Assembly (NCBI GenBank): GCA_031369845.1
Contig: JANMPL010000243.1
Span: 1 to 36,362, forward strand
DNA from: Chloroflexota bacterium
GTDB taxonomy: Bacteria > Chloroflexota > Limnocylindria > Limnocylindrales > CSP1-4
DNA: 36,362 bases
Reading direction: 5' to 3'
Position 1 is the stretch's first letter; each line of letters opens with the position of its first letter. Made by a program: the position numbers and the translations under genes. This document shows, one piece after another, positions 17,473 through 25,441 of the stretch. Below the pieces are notes generated by a model. The model had not been told where the DNA came from, ran no database searches, and worked only from the letters and a program-made list of their open reading frames with translations.

Positions 17473-17540
17473 TCGAGATCCAGGCGCCACCGCCCATCTC
17501 GCGGTCGCCAGAAGCATCTATCGCCCCGGAGGAGCCCCCG

Positions 17541-17972
17541 ATGTCCCGATTCCGCCGATGGCTCACCCCAGCGACCATCGTTCGAGCTCATTGCGATCTG
17601 CCGTGTGGCGTCTACGACCCCGAGCAGGCTCGCATCGAGGCTGAGTCCTGCTACAGGATCGTCGAAAAGTACGCGGCCAACGAGGACGCCACGTTCCGAA
17701 CCAGGGCGATCGCGATCAAGGAAGAGCGGGCGGAGCTCGTCAAGCACCACCTCGACGTCCTCTGGCACGACTACTTCAAGCCAGAACACCTCGAGAAGGT
17801 CCCGAACCTCCACGAGCTGTTCTGGAACGCCAACAAACAGGTCTCGAAGGTCAAGGCCTCGACGGATCTCGCCGACGCGAAGAAGCTGCTCGATCAGATC
17901 GACGAGATCGACGCCGCGTGGAAGGCCACAGGCGGCAACGAGAAGACCCGCGTCGCCGGCCGCCCCGGCTGA
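17541..17972 (+). CDS. sodN: Nickel superoxide dismutase precursor
   Basis: The diagnostic Ni-hook HCDLPCGVYDP follows a 16-aa propeptide (MSRFRRWLTPATIVRA). GGAGGAG RBS lies 5 nt upstream of ATG 17541. The track start at 17457 is upstream of this RBS. Confidence 0.95.
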   Translation: MSRFRRWLTPATIVRAHCDLPCGVYDPEQARIEAESCYRIVEKYAANEDATFRTRAIAIKEERAELVKHHLDVLWHDYFKPEHLEKVPNLHELFWNANKQVSKVKASTDLADAKKLLDQIDEIDAAWKATGGNEKTRVAGRPG

Positions 17973-18427
17973 TTTCGGCTCCTTCGCTGATCGTCCGCTC
18001 TCGCGCGCGCCGGAGCGCTCCCCTCGCGGAGCGGCTTCGAGGCCCGTGGAGGGTCGCGGTCACCGAGGCGTCGATGCGTCCGGCCATCGAGCCGGGCGAC
18101 TGGCTGCTTGTGGATCCGACCGTGGCTCGCTGGCCACGTCGCGGATCGGTCGTCGTGTTCCGGGAGCCGGACTCTGTGGCGCTCGCCATCAAGCGGATCG
18201 CGGCGGGTCCGGGGGACCGCGTGCCCTACGCCGACGGGTATCTCATCCTCGGCGAGGACGAGGCCTGGCTCCTGTCGGACGCTCACGACGCCGAACTGAT
18301 GGCGGCGGGGCTCGGCGAGCCGGTCGACTCACGACGCTACGGGCCGGTGACGGTCGAGCTGCTGGTCGGCCGGGCCTGGTTCCGCTATGGTCCGCTCAGT
18401 CGAGTCGGCCGACTCCCGTCACCGTGA
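17918..18427 (+). CDS. sodX: S26-family signal-peptidase-like Ni-SOD maturation protease
   Basis: Catalytic Ser motif EASMRPAIEPGD and Lys box AIKRIAAGPGDRV. Lies immediately downstream of sodN. The only canonical in-frame start upstream of the catalytic Ser is GTG 17918, which is 55 nt inside sodN. Confidence 0.85.
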   Translation: MEGHRRQREDPRRRPPRLISAPSLIVRSRARRSAPLAERLRGPWRVAVTEASMRPAIEPGDWLLVDPTVARWPRRGSVVVFREPDSVALAIKRIAAGPGDRVPYADGYLILGEDEAWLLSDAHDAELMAAGLGEPVDSRRYGPVTVELLVGRAWFRYGPLSRVGRLPSP

Positions 18428-18434
18428 GGAGCTC

Positions 18435-19181
18435 ATGCGTCTCATCGGGCGTGCCCCGTCGCTGCTGAGCCTGGTGGCCGCCGCCGGCCTCGTCGTTGTC
18501 GCATGCGGCTCGTCCGTCGCGCCGCCAACCGCCGAACCGACCACGACCCCGACCGCACCCGCAACCGCGGCACCCACGGCCACGCCGTCGCCCACGTCCC
18601 GCCCAACTGCGACGACGGCCGACCAGCCGGTGACGGGCCGGATCGAGGTAAGGGACAAAGGGTACGCGGTGACGTTGCCTGACAACTGGTTCCGGATCGA
18701 GCTCGATTCCGATGAGCTCGATCAGCTCATCTCGGCCGGCTCCGGGCAGATGTCCGATGCGATGGCTACGTTCATGAAGAGTCAGGTCAGTTCGATGATC
18801 ACAGCGGGCGTTTCCCTCTACGCCATGCGAGAGGCAGACAGTAAGGCAACCGTCGGGACGAACGTGAACATCCTGACGCTGTCGAGCTACGGTCTCACGC
18901 TGGATACCCTGGAGACGCTGAACGTGTCACAGTTGAAATCGCTGCTGGGCAACGATCTGAAGGTCGATACCGACCGCCTGACGCTGCCTGCCGGGGATGC
19001 CCTTCAACTCGCCTACGAGTTTTCACTGACCGGCGACGCTGGAGCCACGTTCCAGATCCTCCAGTATCTGATCATCATGGATAGGGATCAGCTCGTGTTG
19101 TCTTGCTCGACACCTGGCGAGATCGCAGGCATCGCCGACGAATGCCGGTCGATCGCAAATTCCATCGAGACTCTTCCGTGA
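18435..19181 (+). CDS. Lipoprotein of unknown function (possibly PsbP/DcrB/LpqN-like fold)
   Basis: ATG 18435 follows AGGAG. Signal peptide plus lipobox MRLIGRAPSLLSLVAAAGLVVVAC-GSS. Pro/Thr/Ala linker, then a globular domain (YAVTLPDNWFRIEL...). Noticeably lower GC than its neighbours. Confidence 0.7.
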   Translation: MRLIGRAPSLLSLVAAAGLVVVACGSSVAPPTAEPTTTPTAPATAAPTATPSPTSRPTATTADQPVTGRIEVRDKGYAVTLPDNWFRIELDSDELDQLISAGSGQMSDAMATFMKSQVSSMITAGVSLYAMREADSKATVGTNVNILTLSSYGLTLDTLETLNVSQLKSLLGNDLKVDTDRLTLPAGDALQLAYEFSLTGDAGATFQILQYLIIMDRDQLVLSCSTPGEIAGIADECRSIANSIETLP

Positions 19182-20365
19182 CCTTCGACCCGGAAGAGCC
19201 GCTGGCCGGCGCCCCCGACCCTTGGGACTTCTGCCCCCAACCCTCGGTTCGCGAAGGCCCGCCCTATCACATGACCGAGATGATCGCGGCTGAGCCGTTC
19301 ATCGCGCGCCGGATACTCCAGCGGTTTGCGGATCCCCACGGTCCGGCGGGCCAGCTCGCGGGAGCCATCGGCCAGGCTGCGAGCGCCGGCGAGCCGGTCG
19401 TCGTCACCGGCTGCGGGACGAGTGAGCACGCGGCGCTTGCCATGGTCGAGATCCTCACGGAAGCGATCCGCGCGGCCGGGATGCACGGCGGCGTGGGCTC
19501 GGTGATCGCGGCGCAGGCCTTCGAGCTCGCGCTCGATCCGCCATCGCGAGGGCTCGTCATCGGGGTTTCTCACGAGGGCGGGACCGGCGCCACGAATCGG
19601 GCCGTCGCCGGGGCTGCGGCGGCGGGTGCGCGGACGGCGATGGTCACCGCGAGCGGCCGGTCGCCCGGTGGGCAGCTCGCCGAAATCACGGTCGAAACGG
19701 TCGAGCTCGACCACAGCTGGTGCCACACGGTCGGCTACACGTCGCCGATGATCGCTGCGACGGCCGTCGGGGGCCACCTCTCGGCGCGACCCGTGGCGGC
19801 GGAGGACATCGTCGCGCTTCTGGCAGCGGGGGCGCGGCATGAGGCAGGCGCCGAGGCGATAGCGGCGCGCCTCGCCGACGCGCGGACCCTGCTCGTGATC
19901 GCATCAGGCGCCGATCGCCCGGCCGCGCGGGAGCTGGCGATCAAGGTCGAGGAGGCCTCATGGCTGCCGACGACGATGCGCGACCTCGAGACGTTCCTCC
20001 ACGGGCACCTGCCGGCGACGGACGATTCAACGGGCCTCGTCCTGATTCTCAGCGACCGCGACGCTAGGCCAGAAAGGCTGAGCCGGGCCCGCGAGGCCCT
20101 CGCCGCGGCGCAGGTGCTCGGCCTGCGGACGGCCGCGATCCTCGCCCGCGACCTCGATGACGAGATCGAGCCGTCGCTGACGCCCGCCGGACGGTTGCTC
20201 GTCGATGAGGCGCCGACCCTGCCCGCTCCGGTTGCGGCATTGCTGGGCACAGCCGCGCCGCTCCAGCTCCTCACGGAACGGATCGCCCGTGCCCGCGGCA
20301 CAAATCCCGACGCGATCCGGCGCGACGACCAGCGCTACCGCGACGCCGCCGCCGCCGCGGAGTAG
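19178..20365 (+). CDS. Double-SIS-domain sugar-phosphate isomerase/aminotransferase-like protein (GlmS isomerase-half / FrlB-like)
   Basis: VVVTGCGTSEHAA is the classic SIS motif. A second SIS-like half follows (LLVIASGADRPAARELAIKVEE). GTG 19178 overlaps the lipoprotein stop (GTGA). Confidence 0.8.
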   Translation: MTFDPEEPLAGAPDPWDFCPQPSVREGPPYHMTEMIAAEPFIARRILQRFADPHGPAGQLAGAIGQAASAGEPVVVTGCGTSEHAALAMVEILTEAIRAAGMHGGVGSVIAAQAFELALDPPSRGLVIGVSHEGGTGATNRAVAGAAAAGARTAMVTASGRSPGGQLAEITVETVELDHSWCHTVGYTSPMIAATAVGGHLSARPVAAEDIVALLAAGARHEAGAEAIAARLADARTLLVIASGADRPAARELAIKVEEASWLPTTMRDLETFLHGHLPATDDSTGLVLILSDRDARPERLSRAREALAAAQVLGLRTAAILARDLDDEIEPSLTPAGRLLVDEAPTLPAPVAALLGTAAPLQLLTERIARARGTNPDAIRRDDQRYRDAAAAAE

Positions 20366-20395
20366 GTCGCCGCATCCGCGGCCCCCGCGGCGACC
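20365..20395. terminator. Perfect 9-bp inverted repeat filling the convergent gap (bidirectional terminator candidate)
   Basis: GGTCGCCGC (20365-20373), 13-nt loop containing CCGCGG, GCGGCGACC (20387-20395). It overlaps the last base of the stop TAG 20363-20365 and abuts the minus-strand stop at 20396-20398. No U-tract. Confidence 0.45.
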
Positions 20396-21367
20396 TCAGA
20401 ACAACGCGTCCGCCATTACGTCGATCATGTCGAGGTCGCGCGGCAGGAAGTCCTGGAGCATGATCCGCTCCGCGCCGGCCTCCTCGAATCGAGCAACCAT
20501 CGCCCGGGCCTGATCCGGAGAGCCAAGGATCCAGCGCGGCTCGCGCGCGTCGATCCAGTCCTCACCCCCAGCGTCATCGCCGAACGCCGCCAGCAGCGCC
20601 CCCTTCCGCCGGGTGACCTCGTCCGCGTCGCGGCCAATGAGGACACCCGCCATCGTCGAGCGCGTCATCGTCGCCGGATCCCGTCCGATCGCATCGCACG
20701 CCGCCGTAACTGCCGCGTACTTTTCGCGCGCCTGGTCCGGCGACGACGACGAGAGATTGAACTCGTCGGCGTACCGGGCGGCGATCCGCATCGATCGTGG
20801 CGTTCCCCCGCCACCGACGAGCAGCCGCGGCCTCGCGGCGCCGTTCGGCAGGCGTGGTCGGCCGGGCGCATCGACCGGCTTCGGATAGAACTGCGCGCCC
20901 TCGATCCTCAGCTGCTTCCCGGCGTAGGACCAGCCGTCCGGCTCGCCCCATAGCCCGTGGAGGATCGCCAGGCTGTCCTCGAGGAGGTCGGCTCGCTCGT
21001 TGATCGGCGGGAACGGCAGCCCGAGCTGGCGGTGCTCCTCGTCGTTCCAGCCGGCGCCAAGCCCGAACTCGATTCGACCGCCCGACATCTCGTCGACCGT
21101 CGTCACGACCTTGGCGAGGTTACCGGCGTGGCGGAACGTCACCGGTGAGACCAGGACGCCAAGTCCGATTCTGGACGTCTCCCGGGCCAATCCGGCCAGG
21201 ACGGCCCACGCGTCGGTGGTCCGCTCCCCCGCGGGACCAGGAAAGCTCTGGTAGTGGTCGGATCGGAAGAACGACTCGAATCCGGCCGCCTCTGCCCGCT
21301 GCACAATCGCCAGCTGCTCGTCGTACGTCAGCCCCTGCTGGGCCTCGATCATCAGTGCGAAACGCAC
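20396..21367 (-). CDS. Luciferase-like monooxygenase-class, probably F420-dependent, oxidoreductase
   Basis: MRFALMIEAQQGLTYDEQLAIVQRAEAAGFESFFRSDHY is typical of the LLM F420-dependent (Rv1855c-like) group. GTG start with GGGAGG 6 nt upstream. Confidence 0.9.
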   Translation of the reverse strand: MRFALMIEAQQGLTYDEQLAIVQRAEAAGFESFFRSDHYQSFPGPAGERTTDAWAVLAGLARETSRIGLGVLVSPVTFRHAGNLAKVVTTVDEMSGGRIEFGLGAGWNDEEHRQLGLPFPPINERADLLEDSLAILHGLWGEPDGWSYAGKQLRIEGAQFYPKPVDAPGRPRLPNGAARPRLLVGGGGTPRSMRIAARYADEFNLSSSSPDQAREKYAAVTAACDAIGRDPATMTRSTMAGVLIGRDADEVTRRKGALLAAFGDDAGGEDWIDAREPRWILGSPDQARAMVARFEEAGAERIMLQDFLPRDLDMIDVMADALF

Positions 21368-21406
21368 GCGCGGCCTCCCTCGATCTCGTTGTGTTGATCA
21401 TCCATG

Positions 21407-21435
21407 TTGACGCGATGATTGCCTGCTGTTAGATT
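21407..21435 (+). promoter_or_regulatory. Sigma-70-type promoter for a (near-)leaderless marR transcript
   Basis: TTGACG (21407-21412), 17-nt spacer, TAGATT (21430-21435), then 9 nt to ATG 21445 with no SD. Lies in a locally AT-rich 77-nt divergent gap. Confidence 0.5.
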
Positions 21436-21444
21436 ATTCATCTC

Positions 21445-21966
21445 ATGCGAACTATTGACACGGCCGCAACTGTCGACGGAGAAGCGCTCGCCGCGCGGAT
21501 CACGTCCGGAATCCACGACATCATCGCGGGATTCCGTTGTGCAGGCACAGGCCGTCTCGTCAAAGCCGGGGTGAGCATGACCCACATGCACGTCATGTGG
21601 CTTCTCCAGCATCACGGCGACGTGCCGATGAGCCGGATGGCCGAGCTGCTCGACGTGTCATTCAGCAACGCGACCGGCATCGTCGATCGGATGGAGGAGC
21701 GCGGGCTCGTCGAGCGCGTCCGCGTGCCCGACGACCGGCGTGTCGTCCTCGTCCGGATGGGCGAGCTGGGGAGGCAGGCGCTGGAGGAGACCGAGGCCGT
21801 CAAGCAGGACCGCCTCCAGGCCATCCTCGGGCACCTGGACACGACCCAGCTGAATCGCGTAGCGACGGCGCTCGATGACATTCGAGGGGCGGTTCTCGAG
21901 GAGTTCGGCCCGGACTACCTCGTCGGCCATGACCACCTCCACCCACAGACCCCAGGAAGGGACTAA
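21445..21966 (+). CDS. MarR-family transcriptional regulator
   Basis: The winged-HTH core MHVMWLLQHHGDVPMSRMAELLDVSFSNATGIVDRMEERGLVERVRVPDDRRVVLV is classic MarR. Confidence 0.9.
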   Translation: MRTIDTAATVDGEALAARITSGIHDIIAGFRCAGTGRLVKAGVSMTHMHVMWLLQHHGDVPMSRMAELLDVSFSNATGIVDRMEERGLVERVRVPDDRRVVLVRMGELGRQALEETEAVKQDRLQAILGHLDTTQLNRVATALDDIRGAVLEEFGPDYLVGHDHLHPQTPGRD

Positions 21967-21971
21967 GCGTC

Positions 21972-23723
21972 ATGGAATCCTTTCCCGCCCAGAACGGCGG
22001 GTCCACTCCCAGCGTCGCTGAAGACCCCGCCCTCGGGCTGAGCCAGCGGCAGAAGCTCGAGATCCTCGGGGCAGTCCTCCTCGGGCTCTTCCTCGTCGCC
22101 CTCGACCAGACCATCGTCGGAACGGCCCTGCCGAAAATCGTCACCGATCTCGGCGGCAACGACCTGTACACGTGGGTCGTCACGATCTATCTCCTGACGA
22201 GCACGATCACCGTCCCGTTCTACGGCAAGCTCTCCGACCTTTACGGACGGCGACCGATGCTGATGATCGGCATCACATTGTTCCTCGTCGGGTCGGTGTT
22301 GTCCGGCCTGAGCCAGGAGATGTGGCAGCTGATCCTCTTTCGCGGCATCCAGGGCCTCGGAGCCGGCGCCCTCTTCCCGATCGCCCTCGCGGTCATCGGC
22401 GACCTCTTCACCCCGGCCGAACGCGGCAAGTACCAGGGCCTGTTCGGGGCAGTCTTCGGGATCTCGTTCCTGATCGGACCCGGACTCGGCGGTTTCCTGA
22501 CCGACAACGTCGGCTGGCACTGGATCTTCTTCGTCAACCTGCCGATTGGCATCATCAGCCTCGCGGTGATCTGGCGGCTGCTGCCGACGATCAAGCGCAC
22601 GGGCGCATCGCGTAACTTCGACTACCTCGGAGCCCTGATCTTCACGGTTGCCATCGGGTTCCTCCTCGTCGGTCTGACGAACAAGCAGGCGGGTGACTGG
22701 GCCGATCCGACCGTCGGCGGCTTCATCGCTATCGGCCTGTTGGGCAGCGCCCTGTTCGCCTTCGTCGAAACGCGGGCCAAGGAACCGATCGTTCCGCTCG
22801 ACCTCTGGCGCAACCGGACCTACGCCTCGTCGATCATCTCGACGTTCCTCGTCAGCTTTGGCTTCTTCGGGGCGATCATCTTCCTGCCGCGCTGGTTCCA
22901 GGTGGTTCGCGGCGAGTCCGCTACCAGCTCCGGTTATCTGATCTTCCCGATGCTGATCGGGCTGATCGGAAGCTCCGTCGTGGCCGGAGCCCTTGTCTCG
23001 CGGACGGGCAAGTACAAGGCGATCATCCTCGCCGCGCTCGTTTCGATGATTGTGGGCATCGCGCTGATGACCCAGCTCCGCGCCGACACCTCGTATCCGG
23101 AGCTCTTCCTCTGGATGTTCATCGCCGGTCTCGGCATCGGCCCGACGCTGTCGGTGTTCACGATTGTCGTCCAGAACGCCGTGCCCTTCTCGAAGCTCGG
23201 CGTGGCAACGAGCAACCTGACCTTCTTCCGGCAGATCGGCGGGTCCGTTGGCCTGGCAATCGCCGGGACGCAGTTCGGGACCGCCCTCCGAGATCAGCTT
23301 CCGACCCAGACGGATCCCGTCTTCAATTCACTGGCGGCTTCGGCCCCAGAGGCGGCGCGTCCCCAGATCGACCTGTTCCATTCGACGTTCAACCAGTTGA
23401 TCCAGTCCGGGCAGGGGATCGACCTGAACAACCAGACGGGCGTCGGCCAGAGCTTCGGGAACGTGATCCTGCAGCAGGTCCCGGCCGCATTCCAGAGCGC
23501 GATCCAGCCCTTCGTCCCCCAGTTCGACCATGCCTTCAACAATGCGATGAGCCTTGCCATCGCTCAAACCTTCTGGATCGCGGTCGCGGCGTCGCTCGCC
23601 GGGCTCGTGGCGGCACTGTTCATGCGCGAGCTGCCGCTCCGGGCGACGAACGCAGCGCCTGTTCCGGAGAGCGCGAGCGGCGGTCAGGATCGTCCGCGAC
23701 CACCGGTCCCCGCTTCCGACTGA
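21972..23723 (+). CDS. MFS transporter, DHA2 (14-TMS, EmrB/QacA-like) drug-efflux type
   Basis: LDQTIVGTALPKI, GKLSDLYGRRPM and LFRGIQGLGAG motifs, about 14 hydrophobic segments, and 5 nt downstream of marR. Confidence 0.9.
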   Translation: MESFPAQNGGSTPSVAEDPALGLSQRQKLEILGAVLLGLFLVALDQTIVGTALPKIVTDLGGNDLYTWVVTIYLLTSTITVPFYGKLSDLYGRRPMLMIGITLFLVGSVLSGLSQEMWQLILFRGIQGLGAGALFPIALAVIGDLFTPAERGKYQGLFGAVFGISFLIGPGLGGFLTDNVGWHWIFFVNLPIGIISLAVIWRLLPTIKRTGASRNFDYLGALIFTVAIGFLLVGLTNKQAGDWADPTVGGFIAIGLLGSALFAFVETRAKEPIVPLDLWRNRTYASSIISTFLVSFGFFGAIIFLPRWFQVVRGESATSSGYLIFPMLIGLIGSSVVAGALVSRTGKYKAIILAALVSMIVGIALMTQLRADTSYPELFLWMFIAGLGIGPTLSVFTIVVQNAVPFSKLGVATSNLTFFRQIGGSVGLAIAGTQFGTALRDQLPTQTDPVFNSLAASAPEAARPQIDLFHSTFNQLIQSGQGIDLNNQTGVGQSFGNVILQQVPAAFQSAIQPFVPQFDHAFNNAMSLAIAQTFWIAVAASLAGLVAALFMRELPLRATNAAPVPESASGGQDRPRPPVPASD

Positions 23724-23744
23724 CCCTCGCTCCCTCCTCTCGGC

Positions 23745-23781
23745 AACGGCCCTCGACTCGGCAACGAGCTCGAGGGCCGTT
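23745..23781 (+). terminator. Intrinsic-terminator-like hairpin after the MFS gene
   Basis: AACGGCCCTCGA (23745-23756) pairs perfectly with TCGAGGGCCGTT (23770-23781). An inner CTCG/CGAG extension is present. Followed by GTTCGTCTGTG. Confidence 0.6.
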
Positions 23782-23807
23782 GTTCGTCTGTGCGCTAGCA
23801 TCGACGC

Positions 23808-24293
23808 GTGGATCCAGTCCCCGCCCCGTTCCCGCCGCGCCTGGCCGTGCCCTGCGCCGGGGATGCACCATTCGAAGCGATGCTCGACGCCGCCGACCTG
23901 CCGCTCGGCACGATGCGGCGCGTCTCCCGCGGCGACCTGGACCTCCTCATCGCCCACACGCCGAACGGCATCGTCGCGGTCGATGATCGGTGTCCACACA
24001 TGGCGGCGCCGCTCTCAATCGGGCAGCTGGACGGATGCGTCGTGGCCTGCCCGCTCCACGAGGGGCAATTCGATCTTTGCTCAGGTAATCCGGTACGTAT
24101 GCCGACGACCGGCGGGCTCGACCCGGACGGCGTCTACCACCCGACCTGGTCGCCGGCCGGTCGCGAGCCGAAGGTCGACCCACCCGGGCTGAAGGCGGAG
24201 GCCCGGCGCTTCACCCGCGTTCGGCGGTTCCGCTTCTACCCGGTTCGCGTGGAGGGTGGCCGGATCGAGGTGGCGGTCCCGGTCGCGGGCTAG
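23808..24293 (+). CDS. Rieske [2Fe-2S] domain protein
   Basis: The CPH...CPLH pattern (DDRCPHMAAPLSIGQLDGCVVACPLHEGQFDL) is the Rieske cluster-binding motif. GTG start. Confidence 0.85.
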   Translation: MDPVPAPFPPRLAVPCAGDAPFEAMLDAADLPLGTMRRVSRGDLDLLIAHTPNGIVAVDDRCPHMAAPLSIGQLDGCVVACPLHEGQFDLCSGNPVRMPTTGGLDPDGVYHPTWSPAGREPKVDPPGLKAEARRFTRVRRFRFYPVRVEGGRIEVAVPVAG

Positions 24294-24301
24294 GGCTAGA
24301 G

Positions 24302-24328
24302 CCGGGCGAGGCGAGGACCACCGCCCGG
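24302..24328. terminator. Weak stem-loop in the convergent gap (Rieske / LOG)
   Basis: CCGGGCG (24302-24308) pairs with CGCCCGG (24322-24328), with a 13-nt loop. Confidence 0.25.
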
Positions 24329-24345
24329 ACGAGGGCTCGAGGGCC

Positions 24346-25233
24346 TCAGCGCAGCTCGGCCTCCGACGGGATATCGTCGTGGGCACGGGCCGCGTAGGCC
24401 CGGACGATCCGGACAACCTCGTCGGCATCGTCGGTCAGCTGCAGGAGGTGAAGGTCGGCCTCCGAGATTGCGCCGGCCGGCAGCTGGACATCGCGCATCC
24501 AGTCGAGCAGTCCCTTCCAGTACGCAGTGCCGACGAGCACGACGGGAAAGTCGCGGACCTTGCCCGTCTGGATGAGGGTGAGTGACTCGAACAGCTCGTC
24601 AAGCGTCCCGAATCCGCCCGGCAGGATGACGAACGCGTCGGCGTACTTCACGAACATCGTCTTGCGAGCGAAGAAGTAACGGAACTCCACCCCGAGATCG
24701 ACATACGGATTGAGCCCCTGCTCGTGCGGCAGTTCGATGTTGCAGCCGACCGACAGGGCGCCGCCCTCGCGACAGCCGCGGTTCGCCGCCTCCATGACGC
24801 CGGGGCCGCCGCCGGTGATGATCGCGAAGCCGCTCTCGGCCAGCTTTCGGGCGATCGTTCGGGCGAGGTCGTAGATTGGCTCGGTCTCGTCCACCCGGGC
24901 GGAGCCGAAGATCGTCACGGCCGGCCCGACGGCGGCGAGGGCGTCGAAGCCCTCGACGAACTCGGACAGGATGCGAAGGGCGCGCCACGGGTCGCTGTCG
25001 ACGAAAGCGGGGCGACGGGCCGGTGACCGCTCAAGGAACTGCTCGTCCTCTGTCGTCTTCGGCTTGCCTATTCGCTCCGCGGCGTCATGGCGCATCACGA
25101 TGCGGCCACTTCGCCGCTCGGCCGGGGCCGGACTCCTGTCTTTGTCGCCCGCCGCGGGACCCGCGCCCTGCCCGGCATCCGCCTCGGCGGTCGGCCGGGT
25201 CGACTGGCGCTGGTTGGCCTTCGGGTCGCTCAT
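24346..25233 (-). CDS. LOG-family (TIGR00730-type) nucleotide phosphoribohydrolase with an N-terminal low-complexity extension
   Basis: VTIFGSARV, GGGPGVMEAANRG and PGGFGTLDELFE motifs. Start placed at ATG 25233 (MSDPKANQ...). The track start at 25440 adds an Arg/Pro-rich segment that I regard as non-coding in this frame. Confidence 0.85.
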   Translation of the reverse strand: MSDPKANQRQSTRPTAEADAGQGAGPAAGDKDRSPAPAERRSGRIVMRHDAAERIGKPKTTEDEQFLERSPARRPAFVDSDPWRALRILSEFVEGFDALAAVGPAVTIFGSARVDETEPIYDLARTIARKLAESGFAIITGGGPGVMEAANRGCREGGALSVGCNIELPHEQGLNPYVDLGVEFRYFFARKTMFVKYADAFVILPGGFGTLDELFESLTLIQTGKVRDFPVVLVGTAYWKGLLDWMRDVQLPAGAISEADLHLLQLTDDADEVVRIVRAYAARAHDDIPSEAELR

Positions 25234-25253
25234 CGCACTAGGATGCCAGCGGG

Positions 25254-25382
25254 TCAAAGCCCCCGCACGGCCAGCTCGTCGGGCACAAACAGCAGGAACA
25301 CCACGCCAGGTGGCTGGCCCGCCGGGATCGCGGCAACGGACGCGACGATCAGAACGACGCCGAGGATGGAGGCCGCGGTCAT
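25254..25382 (-). CDS. Candidate 42-aa hydrophobic peptide (MTAASILGVVLIVASVAAIPAGQPPGVVFLLFVPDELAVRGL) just upstream of the LOG gene
   Basis: Hand-translated ATG 25382 to TGA 25254. Third codon positions are overwhelmingly G/C (coding-like for this genome). Two hydrophobic stretches. No clear SD. Ends 20 nt before the LOG start. Confidence 0.3.
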   Translation of the reverse strand: MTAASILGVVLIVASVAAIPAGQPPGVVFLLFVPDELAVRGL

Positions 25383-25441
25383 CGCCGGCAGCCCGCGACA
25401 GACGCGGAGGGGCCCGGCTAGGATTGAGCGAAGGAGGCACC

